Source: the human T2T-CHM13v2.0 reference genome, Homo sapiens. Taken from it: a stretch of 64,000 nucleotides of DNA. The translations under genes were made by a program, and so were the position numbers. Below, piece by piece: positions 16,461 to 27,738 of the stretch (positions are counted from its first letter, which is position 1; each line of letters begins with the position of its first letter). The stretch lies in the NCBI RefSeq assembly GCF_009914755.1, contig NC_060939.1, one strand, 5' to 3'. The notes beneath the pieces were generated by a model. That model saw nothing but the letters and a program-made list of their open reading frames with translations, had not been told where the DNA came from and ran no database searches.

Positions 16461-17113
16461 TTCTATTATCAAGGAGTTTATCATCTGATTGGAAGTGCCC
16501 GGCTCTGTCTCCTCTGTTTATTCCTCTTGTTCCCACACAGCCCTATATGTGATCCACTCCAAGCTGAGCAGCCCTTTGCTTCCTCTCTCACAATTCAAAT
16601 AGAATATCTATTTCCTCAGCCACATCAAGGAAAAAAGTTTTCTTTAATTGAACAAGGCTGTACCCTCCAACTGGCCTTAGTCTTTCTACTCATCAGAGCT
16701 GAAGACCACACTATAACTTCAGTCCCTGCTTGCTTTTCCTTCTCCTTGACACTTTCTATGCTGTTCTTGCATAAGATACTCAGGTATCCCCCTTCTTTTC
16801 CATAGAAAACTAAGAGGTTTGTAGAACAGAGACAGACTTGGGATATGTGACAAGTCATGAATACAATCCCCTCACAGGATCCTTTCTTCCTGAGAGTGAA
16901 TGGAATAAACTGTTTTCCTATGTGGAATAAAAGTGCTTTAGGACTCACGAGCGCTCTATTTCGGGCAGCATGAGCAAATGAAACATACAATAGGTGCCCA
17001 ATAAGAACATGAACCAATGAATAAACACATAGACTATTTGACTGCCTCTGTGCTTCCTTTTGAGATGGCGAGACTACCCAACAATCTCACGAGCAATACA
17101 ATGTGAGCTTTTA

Positions 17114-17316
17114 TAGACTTGTAACATACTGGTTTAAAGTGATGGGCATTTTCTCAAAAGATCTAACGACAGTGTGTCAAAAATATTTATTCAAGGTTTC
17201 CATTAGTTTATTTCTTTTCAGCACTGCTGAAAACTAGACTACATCAATGACAAATTAAATCAAAGTCTATGACTCAGTTTCCTAGATTTCACAATTAATA
17301 GGACCCAAAATAACAT
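17114..17316 (+). repeat. Dispersed direct duplication A, copy 2
   Basis: Matches 14691-14893. Confidence 0.95.
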
Positions 17317-20300
17317 ATTAATTTCTGTAGGATGAAGAGAATTAACACTTTAAAACATTCTGCATTATCAATAAACCTATGGTTCATTTTCACAAATGGA
17401 GTTTGTTTCAGTTCTCAGCTGTTGGATGATGATTTGACTTGGAGCAAAGGCAATGTAATTGGGTAACAGCTGAGATGTGCTTGTTTGAGTGGAGCTGAAA
17501 GATCCATTGCAGGATTTCTAAGAGTGTGAATTACAATTCCAATGATATCAGAAACAACTAATTCTGTTCTTTAGAAGTGAGGACATAAAAGAAGTTTGAG
17601 GTTTTCTTATTTCAAGCTTTAATTGAGGGCTAGGCTGTAATTCATTTTCATCCCTGAGTGAGTGGTAAAAACATACACAGCAGGTAATTCACACCACCTC
17701 AAAAACTGTTGGTGCAGTAAGAAGACTAATCAGGGTAAGCTTCCAGTAGCAAATTATCAGCTACAAATTAAAACCTTGCCTCATGCTTGCTAAGAGAAAC
17801 GTTCCTTTTCACCAACACATATATGTGAATATTAGTAACTGTTGGATTGCAGCAAAATGGGAAGATTAGGGGTCCTGCCTGCTTGCATTAAAGAGAGCCC
17901 TGGAAAGGTGTGAAATAAACTAGACTTCAAAGAATGCAAAATTTTTGGTTTAAAAATGAAAAGTTGTCACTATCCCAGGTGGAGAGGTGTTTATTCTGGA
18001 AATGGAAATTAATACTGCACATAAAGAAGTAAACATAAATTCCTAGTAGAGTTTGAAAGTTTTTGTTTAAGTCCTTCTATCTTCTTGAATCATATTCCTC
18101 AAAATAAGAACAAAAGATTGCTGACTACAAAAAGAATTAATTAAATTTCTGATGTTAATTAATCTCAAGGAAATAGAGAACAGCGATAGGACAAAAATTC
18201 TGTGATTTTCTTGGCTTTACGCCATAACCCTAATGTAATTTAAAAGTATGTTTTTAGCATTTAACCTTCTCAGTGATTTTTGCTTAGATGATGTTCAAAA
18301 TTGTTTCAAGAAAGCTGCAAAGTGGTAATGATAATACATAAAGAGTTCAAAATGGCTGCACATATCTGATAAATATATACGCTATATACATAATTATGCT
18401 ATTGGCTTCAATGACCATAATTGCACCTTTTGGGCTGCAGATCCACTTTTAGTTCCATCTCTCTCTGAACAAAGCTGTTGTAATAGCAATATAGACAAGG
18501 GTATACAAATAGCAAAAATCTTCCTTTTTATAAGGGCTAATTTTATTAATACTCAAAATCTTGCTTCTTTTAACTCAGAAAATCAAAAAACAAAAAAGAG
18601 AGAGAAAAGCACCTTGTCAGGATTAGCCAAAGCAACATTTCCTTAAAGAAACAAACACCCTGTTTGTAGAGCTATGTGGACTCGCAGCAAATCTGTGACT
18701 TTGCCACAGCACTTTGTTTTCCAATCAAGTGTCTCTATCTTTAAACGGAACTAGAGAGACTTTCTGGAAACCCAGATAAATTACTCAAGAGTTGCTGAGC
18801 TGATTTTCCGAATGCCAAGTTTAAAGCCTGAAGCAAATTTAAACACTATCATTGAAATCTCTGGAGGGGGTGAAGGAAGTGGGGAAGAGAGAAGAGGTTT
18901 AAAAATGGAAATCTCTAAATGGTCTGCATACAAACACCACACTTTTACCCTAACACCACCTAGCTAATCATTCACTTCTTTAAATTCACAGAGGTCCAAT
19001 GCATACTGGACTGTCTTTGGTAAACACATGCACCGTCCTGAATTTATCTGTACCTTAAGCCATTTCTGAGGATTCTACCTGGAGAGTCACTTCTTCATAG
19101 AGTTCTGGCCAGCCACATCACAGAGATTCAGCCCAATATGGGTGTTTCTGTGTGTATACATGTGTGTATTCAACTTAATTCATCAATATCTCTGCATCCA
19201 AAGCAAAATTATCATAAATGAGGAAGAGCCGAGAACGCAGACCTTTTTCAACAGATCTCTATAATAATTTTTCAAGATCTGGTTATTTTGTCCTCAGTCA
19301 CACTCAAAGAAACAAGTATTTTCTCAGTGATCCCTAGAAGTCAAACAGTAGGCTCTGATGAAAGGGTCATCTTGTAAAATTGGATGTCTGGAGAGTACGT
19401 CCAAAATCATATAAGATTTGCAATTCCAATTTTCTTCTCCAAAGGAATTGGAGTTATATACCATTGTCCCACCATGCAACGGCTAATGAGAAGCCATGCT
19501 CCCTTCAGCACCCAACTACTCCTGGAGCTGAGTTGGTACTCCTTAACCCGGGTTTGGGCTCCAGTGAAAGCAGAAAACAAAACAAACCTAGTGTCCGCCT
19601 CTCTCGTTTTACAGGTCCCTGAACATTTCTTGGAAGAGTTAAGTGATACAGGAGTCTCATTAAGTCTACTAAGATTCTACTAAGATAACTGTTTGATGTG
19701 TTACTCGATAGATGAAACACAAAACTGTTCTTTAAAAATCAGTTAAACTGTTTGAAGGAACAACAAATTCATACATCAGCCCATTCTTTATATTCTAAAG
19801 TGCAATTTATGGGGCTAAACGAAAGTAAATGTCATACCTTTAATTTCGTAAAAAGTTACGTACAAGTCTATTATTCAAAATAATCACATAACAGAGAACA
19901 GCTACCTTTCTGCTCAGTGGGGTGCCATTTTATAGACTTTAGAATTCACTAAGTTCAAGCAGCTTTCGTTCTAAATAATACATGTGCTAAATATGTCACA
20001 TTAAAAGTGCTTTTGGCATGTAAATGATCTGTTTTCTCATAGAAATGCTTTTAAAAGAATCTGAGCTCACTTTTTTCTTTTTCTCCTTCTTCTTCTTCTG
20101 CTTTTTTTTTTTTTTTTTTAAATTCTAAGTGCATTGAATTTCATTGTCCTACAGAACCATGCAGAGTTGAGCGAAGTGAACTGCAGGGACAACACAGCCC
20201 TTGTCAGCCTGTGTACTTATGTATCATTTGAACTGTCAGAAGTATATAGCGTTCTATTTGCTTCAACATTATTTTCTGTTCCAATCTGGGGGAAATTTTC

Positions 20301-21025
20301 TCTTTTGCTCTCATTTTTCCCCCGGAACTAAGTGTTAGCAAGCAGTTTCAGGTCTAAAAAGTTAGTGATTTACTGTTAAAACAGAAGGCACGTGTACAAA
20401 CAAGTTTTCTGTATATTCGTTTAATTCTTCAAACCCTTTCCTATTTCTTCTGTTCTATAACACTGAACAATAAAGCTGATGTTACATGGGTGATTTAAGG
20501 TGCTTACCCTCCAAAGAAATGAATTCAAAATTCTTGTGCATTATATGAATAAAACTGAAAGCATAGTCTCTCCCTCTTGTAGCTTCATTATACTGCTACA
20601 TACACGGGAGCCTTCCCACACCGTATATGCAGCTTACCAAGGGACAGCCTTTCATAACTTCTGAATTGATTGTTCCTTCTCTCTCCTTTGTAGTGCCATG
20701 TAGTAGAATTTGATGATATCAGCTATCTTCTGCTTTTAGAGATCTTTTGCTCGTACTTATTAAAATAGAGCAATGTGAATGCAACTTGAAATCCATTATG
20801 CAGTTTGTAGAAGCTGTTTCTCATAGAGTAGTTAGCTTCAGGTTTCTCCTAGAATTTTAACGTCACCATTTCTTTTACATATAAAGAAAAAATGTCTCAA
20901 GAAATAAGTCAGAAATGATATGTAAAAATTTGCTGAGATCAACTATAAGTAAAGGGAGTTGGTTTTATAGTAGGATAATTCATAATATAATCATAACACG
21001 TATAAATAAGAGTTGAAAATATGAG

Positions 21026-21198
21026 TTGGGTTGCCATACTTAGCAAATAGAAATATAGAACATCCAGTTAAATTTGAATTTCAAATAAATAATAATAATT
21101 TAGTATAAGTATGCCCCACGCTTATACTGAGAAAATATTCATTGTTTATCCAAAATTCAAATTTAACTGGTTGTCTTACATTTTATCCAGTAACTCTA
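21026..21198. mobile_element. MER53 palindromic hAT MITE
   Basis: ttgggttgcca...ccagttaaatttgaattt mirrored by aaattcaaatttaactgg...cagtaactcta; 8-bp TSD aatatgag/aatatgaa (21018-21025, 21199-21206). Confidence 0.85.
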
Positions 21199-21227
21199 AA
21201 TATGAACCTACTTTAAAAGTCTAACTT

Positions 21228-21562
<335 letters not shown>

Positions 21563-21947
21563 TTATATCAACAGATCTACCTACTTTTGTGATTTAGACA
21601 ATAATTGTCCATTACATCTATATACTTTACCTACTCTGATACCAGTGCATTCTTTTTAGTTTTAGGAATGTATTTCTAAGGAACAGGTTTAAATGTTTTA
21701 ATTAAATATGATTAACCAAGAATTCAGACAGGCAGATGCAGTAAGAGTAGAGGTGCCTTTTATTTGTTCAATGGGCATTTGAAATATTTCTAATGTGTCT
21801 GTTTTTAGTACAACAAATGATTCCCTCCCTGAAATTCTCCATTTTATCACTTAAATATATTTACCTGAATATTTCTTCTAAATGTATGACCAGATTTCAA
21901 TTTCCTAGTTAGGTTGAACTGTACCATAATTGCTTTTAAGAAGAGGG

Positions 21948-22140
21948 TTTACATTTATTGAGTACCTATTTTGAACCAGTGCTTTTTTAAAAAAATTTCT
22001 GTAATCATCACAAGAACTCTAAAAGCTAGATACCAATTACTATTCTCATTTATACAACTAGCACAAGTTACAGAGCTAACAGGTGACAGAGGTATGATCA
22101 GTAGCCAATTCAACTAAACGGCAAAGTCTAGATTCTTTCC
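21948..22140 (-). mobile_element. MIR fragment
   Basis: acatttattgagtaccta...caagttacagagctaacaggtgacagag. Confidence 0.55.
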
Positions 22141-23836
22141 ATGGTGAAATCTGCCTCAGAATAGTTGGCTGAATCCTTCTTCCAGTCTTTTACAAAAAAA
22201 GATTGAATTTGAGAAAAACCAAGATGGTAAAATCAGGATATGAGTCTTATATGAACTCAACATTGTTAGGAGGAAAACTTACTTTTCTTCCAGTTGTTCT
22301 TTTAGCAAACCTGAAATGGATCAGTTAATGAAAAATTTTCTACAACCAGGGCCTAGGATTAAAAACATTTTTTCCTACACTTTCTCTTCTCTTTAGGTTC
22401 ATTACCATAACATAGAATAGTAAGAATTAGGTACCCATGGAGCCCAATTTTAAGAGAAAATCTTAAACCACATCTACATTAAGCATTGGATCAGTCCCCT
22501 CTACAACCACTGGGAATTATTCATTAGCATTCACAGTGCGAAAAATGCGTGAATAACACCACTGTATTTTGTAAAATGCAATTTTTGGCAGGTTGACTAA
22601 AATCTTGGCACACATTATCATTTTCCCAAAATGTATTTGCATCTAGGCTTACTGATTTTTATTACTCTATCTGGACCGTCTCCAAATTCTCCTTATCCTC
22701 AAATTTAAATAGAGCACTTCATGAAGGTTTCCTGTAAATTAAAAAGCACTGTTAGAACAGGTAGAAACATGAAACTAGCACTTTATCGATTATTTTTTAA
22801 AGCCCTAAAACATATTCACATGCATTTATTTATTGTGTTTCAAAACTATATTTATTTGATAAAGTATAAGTGTTTAACAGGTTACCAGAGAGAAAACCTT
22901 CCTAGAGAGTGGTCCAAAGCATTCAAAGGGAAGGACACAAATCCTAAGAAAGTTGCATGGGAAAAAAAAAAAAAGATGCGGAGTAATTTTTATTTAATAT
23001 TATATTATATTAAAATATAATATCATCTTCAGTCATTCAAGAATTGTGAGCTAATACACACAATTCACAAAATTAATCTGAATATATGCACTACAGAAAA
23101 GATCAGAGTCTATATGCCACAAGGCAAACAGATATACAAAGTAAATATTGATAAACGGGGTACATTTGCACTTTCTCAATTCTATTTACAAAAGTAAGCA
23201 AACTAAAATACAATCATGGCATTTTAAAAACAAGACTCCAGGTCTTTCACAACAAATAGTTTGATAGTGTAGAAACCACACTGACCAAAATCCACCAGGA
23301 TGCCAGGCAGCTTCTCCCCGCTTGTTGATACCATCACATTGGCCACCCTGATGAGAACAGTTTTGGAACAATGCAGAGGATAATTGAGAGAATTAATTGA
23401 ATTGATGGTATCACTGACCTTACGAAATTTAATGTTACAGCTATCTAATGTGTCTGAACACTTTAATTGCACAAAAAGATTTATGTTTTGATATAAAGAG
23501 ATTCTGGATCCATTGTGAAATGAGAGAAAATCTTTTTCTTTGAAGAATTTATATTACAAAGCAGTCTTTTACCAAGAGATACAGTACATAAACTCTGAAT
23601 TTAAAGTTCTACTGTGCGTTTCCTGAACAAAAAATATTGCACTACCATATAATCTGAATTCTGAAAATATTGTCTAAATTTTAAAATTATAGTCTTACAT
23701 AGATGTTCTCCATAACTTGCTTCCTATTCCCAAAGACTCTGAACAGAGTTACACTTTTTAATTAAGGAAGACAGTTGCAATACTATATGTAGTCTAGAAT
23801 GTTAATTAATACTTAAGCATAAGAAATCATTAATTG

Positions 23837-24430
23837 AGCACAGCAGATTTGCCCCTTCCTGAAATCTGCAGGCAGGTACAGCTCCTTGTTCCTCTGGGAA
23901 GCATCAGGATGGTGGACTGGGTGACTCTAACCATCCTCCTCCGCACTGCTCAGAGTCCAGCAGGTCACAACAACTGGGGCTTCCAGCACAGTGGACACAC
24001 CTCTGCCTAAACTCTGTGGGTAGGTGCAGCCCAATCCCAGAAAAGATCTGGATGGCAGATCAGGTGACTCCACCCATCACCACTGCTCATAGCTGGGTGG
24101 GACACACTGGCTGGGACTTATAGCACAGTATACCAGCCTGTGCCTGAACTCTGAGGGTGGACACAGCTCCGTATTCCCCCAGGAAGCACCCAGATGGCAG
24201 TTTGGGTGACTTCACCCACCCGCACTGCTCCTAGCCACCCCCACAGCTCCAAGACCCACTAGCCTTGCTAGTCAGGTCTCCTAGCACAGCAGCCCCACCT
24301 TTGCCTGAATTCTGCAGGCAGGTACAGCTCTGTGTTCCCCCAGGAAATACCAAGATGATGGATCAGGCAACTCCACCCACTGCTGCCCCTAGCTAGGCAC
24401 TTGTTGCTGGCTTGGGCAGTGCCCAAGCAA
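23837..24430 (+). repeat. Tandem ~140-160 bp units in the L1 5'UTR (about 4 copies)
   Basis: Recurring gcacag...gcctgaactctg...cagctc...ggaagca...gatgg...ggtgact...cactgctc. Confidence 0.8.
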
Positions 24431-25362
24431 GAGTGGGAAGCCCCACTCACAGAACAATGAGAGGGGTGAGACGGCTGGTCTCATGGGCTGGTGGGTGAGT
24501 GGGTGTGCCTCCCTCCATTGGGCCAGTTGAGGAAGTGGTCTGCCAGCCACGACCACTGCTGGAGGGAGCTCTGTGGCCCAGAACACCTCATGATGGAAAC
24601 TCAGGTGGGCACCAGAGATTGGATGGAGGCTCCTCAAAGGTCTGGGAGAGGACCTGGTGACAGGGTTATCTCTCCCCCAACCCCACCACAGAGTACTGCA
24701 GATGTGCCAAAATACCAAAGAACCACATGGCAGAGCCTAAGTGCCAGCCACCAATCTTAAGTACCACTTACTGGATCACAGCCCAAATTATAACACCAAA
24801 AGTATTTTGCCAGTATACAGCACCTGTGAAACCTAAGGCAAAAATACAACTACAAATAAAGATTCTGTAAAGAGCCTTGGCCCTCCGAAAGCACCCAGAA
24901 ATGAAGCCAACTGACTATATTCAACATGCCACACAGTTAAAGGAACACCAGCCCTCTCAGATGAGAACAAATCAGCACAAGAACTCTGGCAATTCAAAAA
25001 GGCAAAGTGTCACTTTACCTTCAAACAAACAAACTAGTCCCTCAACAACAGTTCTCAATGAGATTGAAATAACTGAAATGACAGACACAGAACTCAGAAT
25101 CTGGAAGACAAGGAAGCTCATCAAGATCCAGGAGAAAGTTGAAATCCAATCCAAGGAATCCAATAAAATAATCCAGGAGCTGAAAGATGAAATAACCATT
25201 TTAAGAAAGAACGAAAGTGAACTTCTGGAATTGAAGAATTCACTTCAAGAATTTTATAATATAGTTGGAAGCATTAAAAGTAGAACACACCAAACTAAGA
25301 AAAGAATCTCAGAGCTCAAAGACCTGTTTTTTGAATCAGCACAGCCAGACAAAAATACAGAC

Positions 25363-25417
25363 CTGCACAATGTGCACATGTACCCTAAAACTTAAAGTAT
25401 AATAAAAAAAAAGAAAA
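25363..25417 (+). mobile_element. Extremely 5'-truncated young L1 (L1PA2/pre-Ta-like 3' tip plus poly-A)
   Basis: cctgcacaatgtgcacatgtaccctaaaacttaaagtataat plus A-tail, between perfect TSDs aaaaatacagac (25351-25362, 25418-25429). Confidence 0.9.
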
Positions 25418-26421
25418 AAAAATACAGACAAAAAATTTTTTTAATGAATGAAGCCTCCAAGAAACATGAGATTATGTAAAGAGATAAAATTTATGACTCA
25501 TTGGCATTCCTGACAGAGAAGAGAGAATAAGCAACTCAGAAAACATATTTGGGGATATAGTCCATGAAAATGTCCCCAGTCTTGCTAGAGCAGTGGACAT
25601 ACAAATTCAAGAAATACAGAGAACCCCTATCAGATACTATACAAAACAGTCATCCTCAATGCACATAATTATCAGACTCACCAAGGTCAGTGCAAAAGAA
25701 AAAATTCTTAAAAGGAGCTAGAGGAAAGGTCAGGTCACCTACAAAGGGAATCCCATCAGGTTAGTAACAACTCTGAGCAGAAACCTTATGAATCAGAAGA
25801 GATTGGGGAGCCTATTTTCAGTGTTCTAAAAGAAAATAAATACCTAGCAAGAATTTCATAGCCCACCAAATGAAGCTTTGCAAGTGAAGGAGAAATAAAA
25901 TCCTTCCCAGACAGGCAAGCACTAAGGAAACTTATTACCACAAGACCAGCCTTACAATAGGTCCATAAGGGAGTGCCATGGAAATGAAAGATTGTAACTC
26001 ACAACTACAAAAACATACTCAAGCACTTACACCACAGACAATATAAATCAATGACACAATCAAGCCTACAAAACAACTAGTTAACAAGAAAATGACAGTA
26101 TCAAAATCTCACGTATCAGTATAACGCTGAATGTAAATAGTCTAAACGCCCCCCTTAAAAAGAATATAGTAGAAAGCTGGATTAAAAGACAAGAATTGAC
26201 TGTTATCTTTAAGAGATGCATCTCACATCTAATGACATCCAAAGGCTCAAAGTAAAGGGATGGAGAAAAATCTATGTTGTAAACAGGAATAAAAGAAGTA
26301 GAAGTCATTATTCTTATATCAGAAAAAACAGACTTTATGCCAACAACAATCAGAAAGGACAAAGAATGCCATTACATAATGATAAAGGGTTCGATTCAAT
26401 AAGAAGACTTAACTATCCTAA

Positions 26422-26697
<276 letters not shown>

Positions 26698-27300
26698 CTA
26701 AATATATATGCACCCAACACTGGAACACTCAGATTCATAAAACAAGTTCTCCAACACTTCACTGACAGCATTAGACTGATCATCAAGGCAGAAAACTCAC
26801 AAAGAAATTCTGGAATTAAATTCAACACTTGATCAGTTAGATCTAATAAACACCCACAGAACACCCCACCCAACAATCACAGAATATACATTCTTCTCAT
26901 CCATACATGCAATATATTCTAATATTAACCACATGCTTAGCCAGAAGCAAGTCTCAATAAATTCAAAAAAATCAAAATCATACCAAGTATACTCTCAGAG
27001 CACAGTGCAATAAAAATATAAATCAATACCAAGAAGATCTCTCAAAACTACATGAAACCATAGAAATTAAACAACATGCTCCTGAATAACTCTTGAGGGA
27101 AATAATGAAATTAAGGCAAAAATAAAACAATTCTTCGAAATTAATGAAAACAGAGACACAACTCACCAAAATCTTTGGGACATAGCTAAAGCAGTGTTGA
27201 GAGGAAAGTTCACAGCACTAAATGCTTTCATCAAGAGTTTAGAAAGATCTCAAATTAACAATCTAACATCACACCTAGAGGACTGAAACCAAAAAAAAGT

Positions 27301-27363
<63 letters not shown>
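27301..27363. repeat. (GAAA)n microsatellite inside L1
   Basis: About 15 perfect units. Confidence 0.97.
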
Positions 27364-27365
<2 letters not shown>

Positions 27366-27425
27366 CCAACTCTAAAGCTAGCAGGAGTAAAGAAATAATG
27401 AAAATCAGAGAACTGAATAAAATTT

Positions 27426-27738
27426 CCAGGCATGGTGGCTCATAACTATAATCCCAGCATTTGGGGGAGGGCAAGGCAGGTGGATTCCTCGAGCCCATGA
27501 GTTCAAGACCAGCCTGGGCAACAAAGTGAGACCCCCATCTTTATAAAAACTCAAAACAAAACAAAAAAAGCTGGGTATGGTGGTGCATGCCAGCAGTCCC
27601 AGTTACGTGGGAGGCTGAGACAGGAGGATCTCTTGAGCTTTGAAGGTCGAGGTTGTAGTGCGTGAGCCATGATCACAATATTGCACTCCAGCCTGGGCAA
27701 CATAACAAGACTTTTTCAAAAAATAAAAAAAAAAAAAA
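27426..27738 (+). mobile_element. AluJ inside L1 ORF2
   Basis: gagttcaagaccagcctgggcaac, ggaggatctcttgagc; TSD aactgaataaaatt/aactgaacaaaatt. Confidence 0.9.

Noticed and set aside
17426-17498. C/D snoRNA-like boxes (ATGATGA ... CTGA ... CTGA, ~73 nt)
   Set aside because: No terminal stem flanking the boxes and no convincing rRNA-complementary guide that I can identify
19504-19512. REST/RE1 left half-site TTCAGCACC (another near 53596)
   Set aside because: The right half (GGACAG) is absent
23837-24430. Regularly spaced repeats resembling a CRISPR-like array
   Set aside because: Degenerate ~150-bp tandem units without unique spacers, inside an L1 5'UTR in primate DNA
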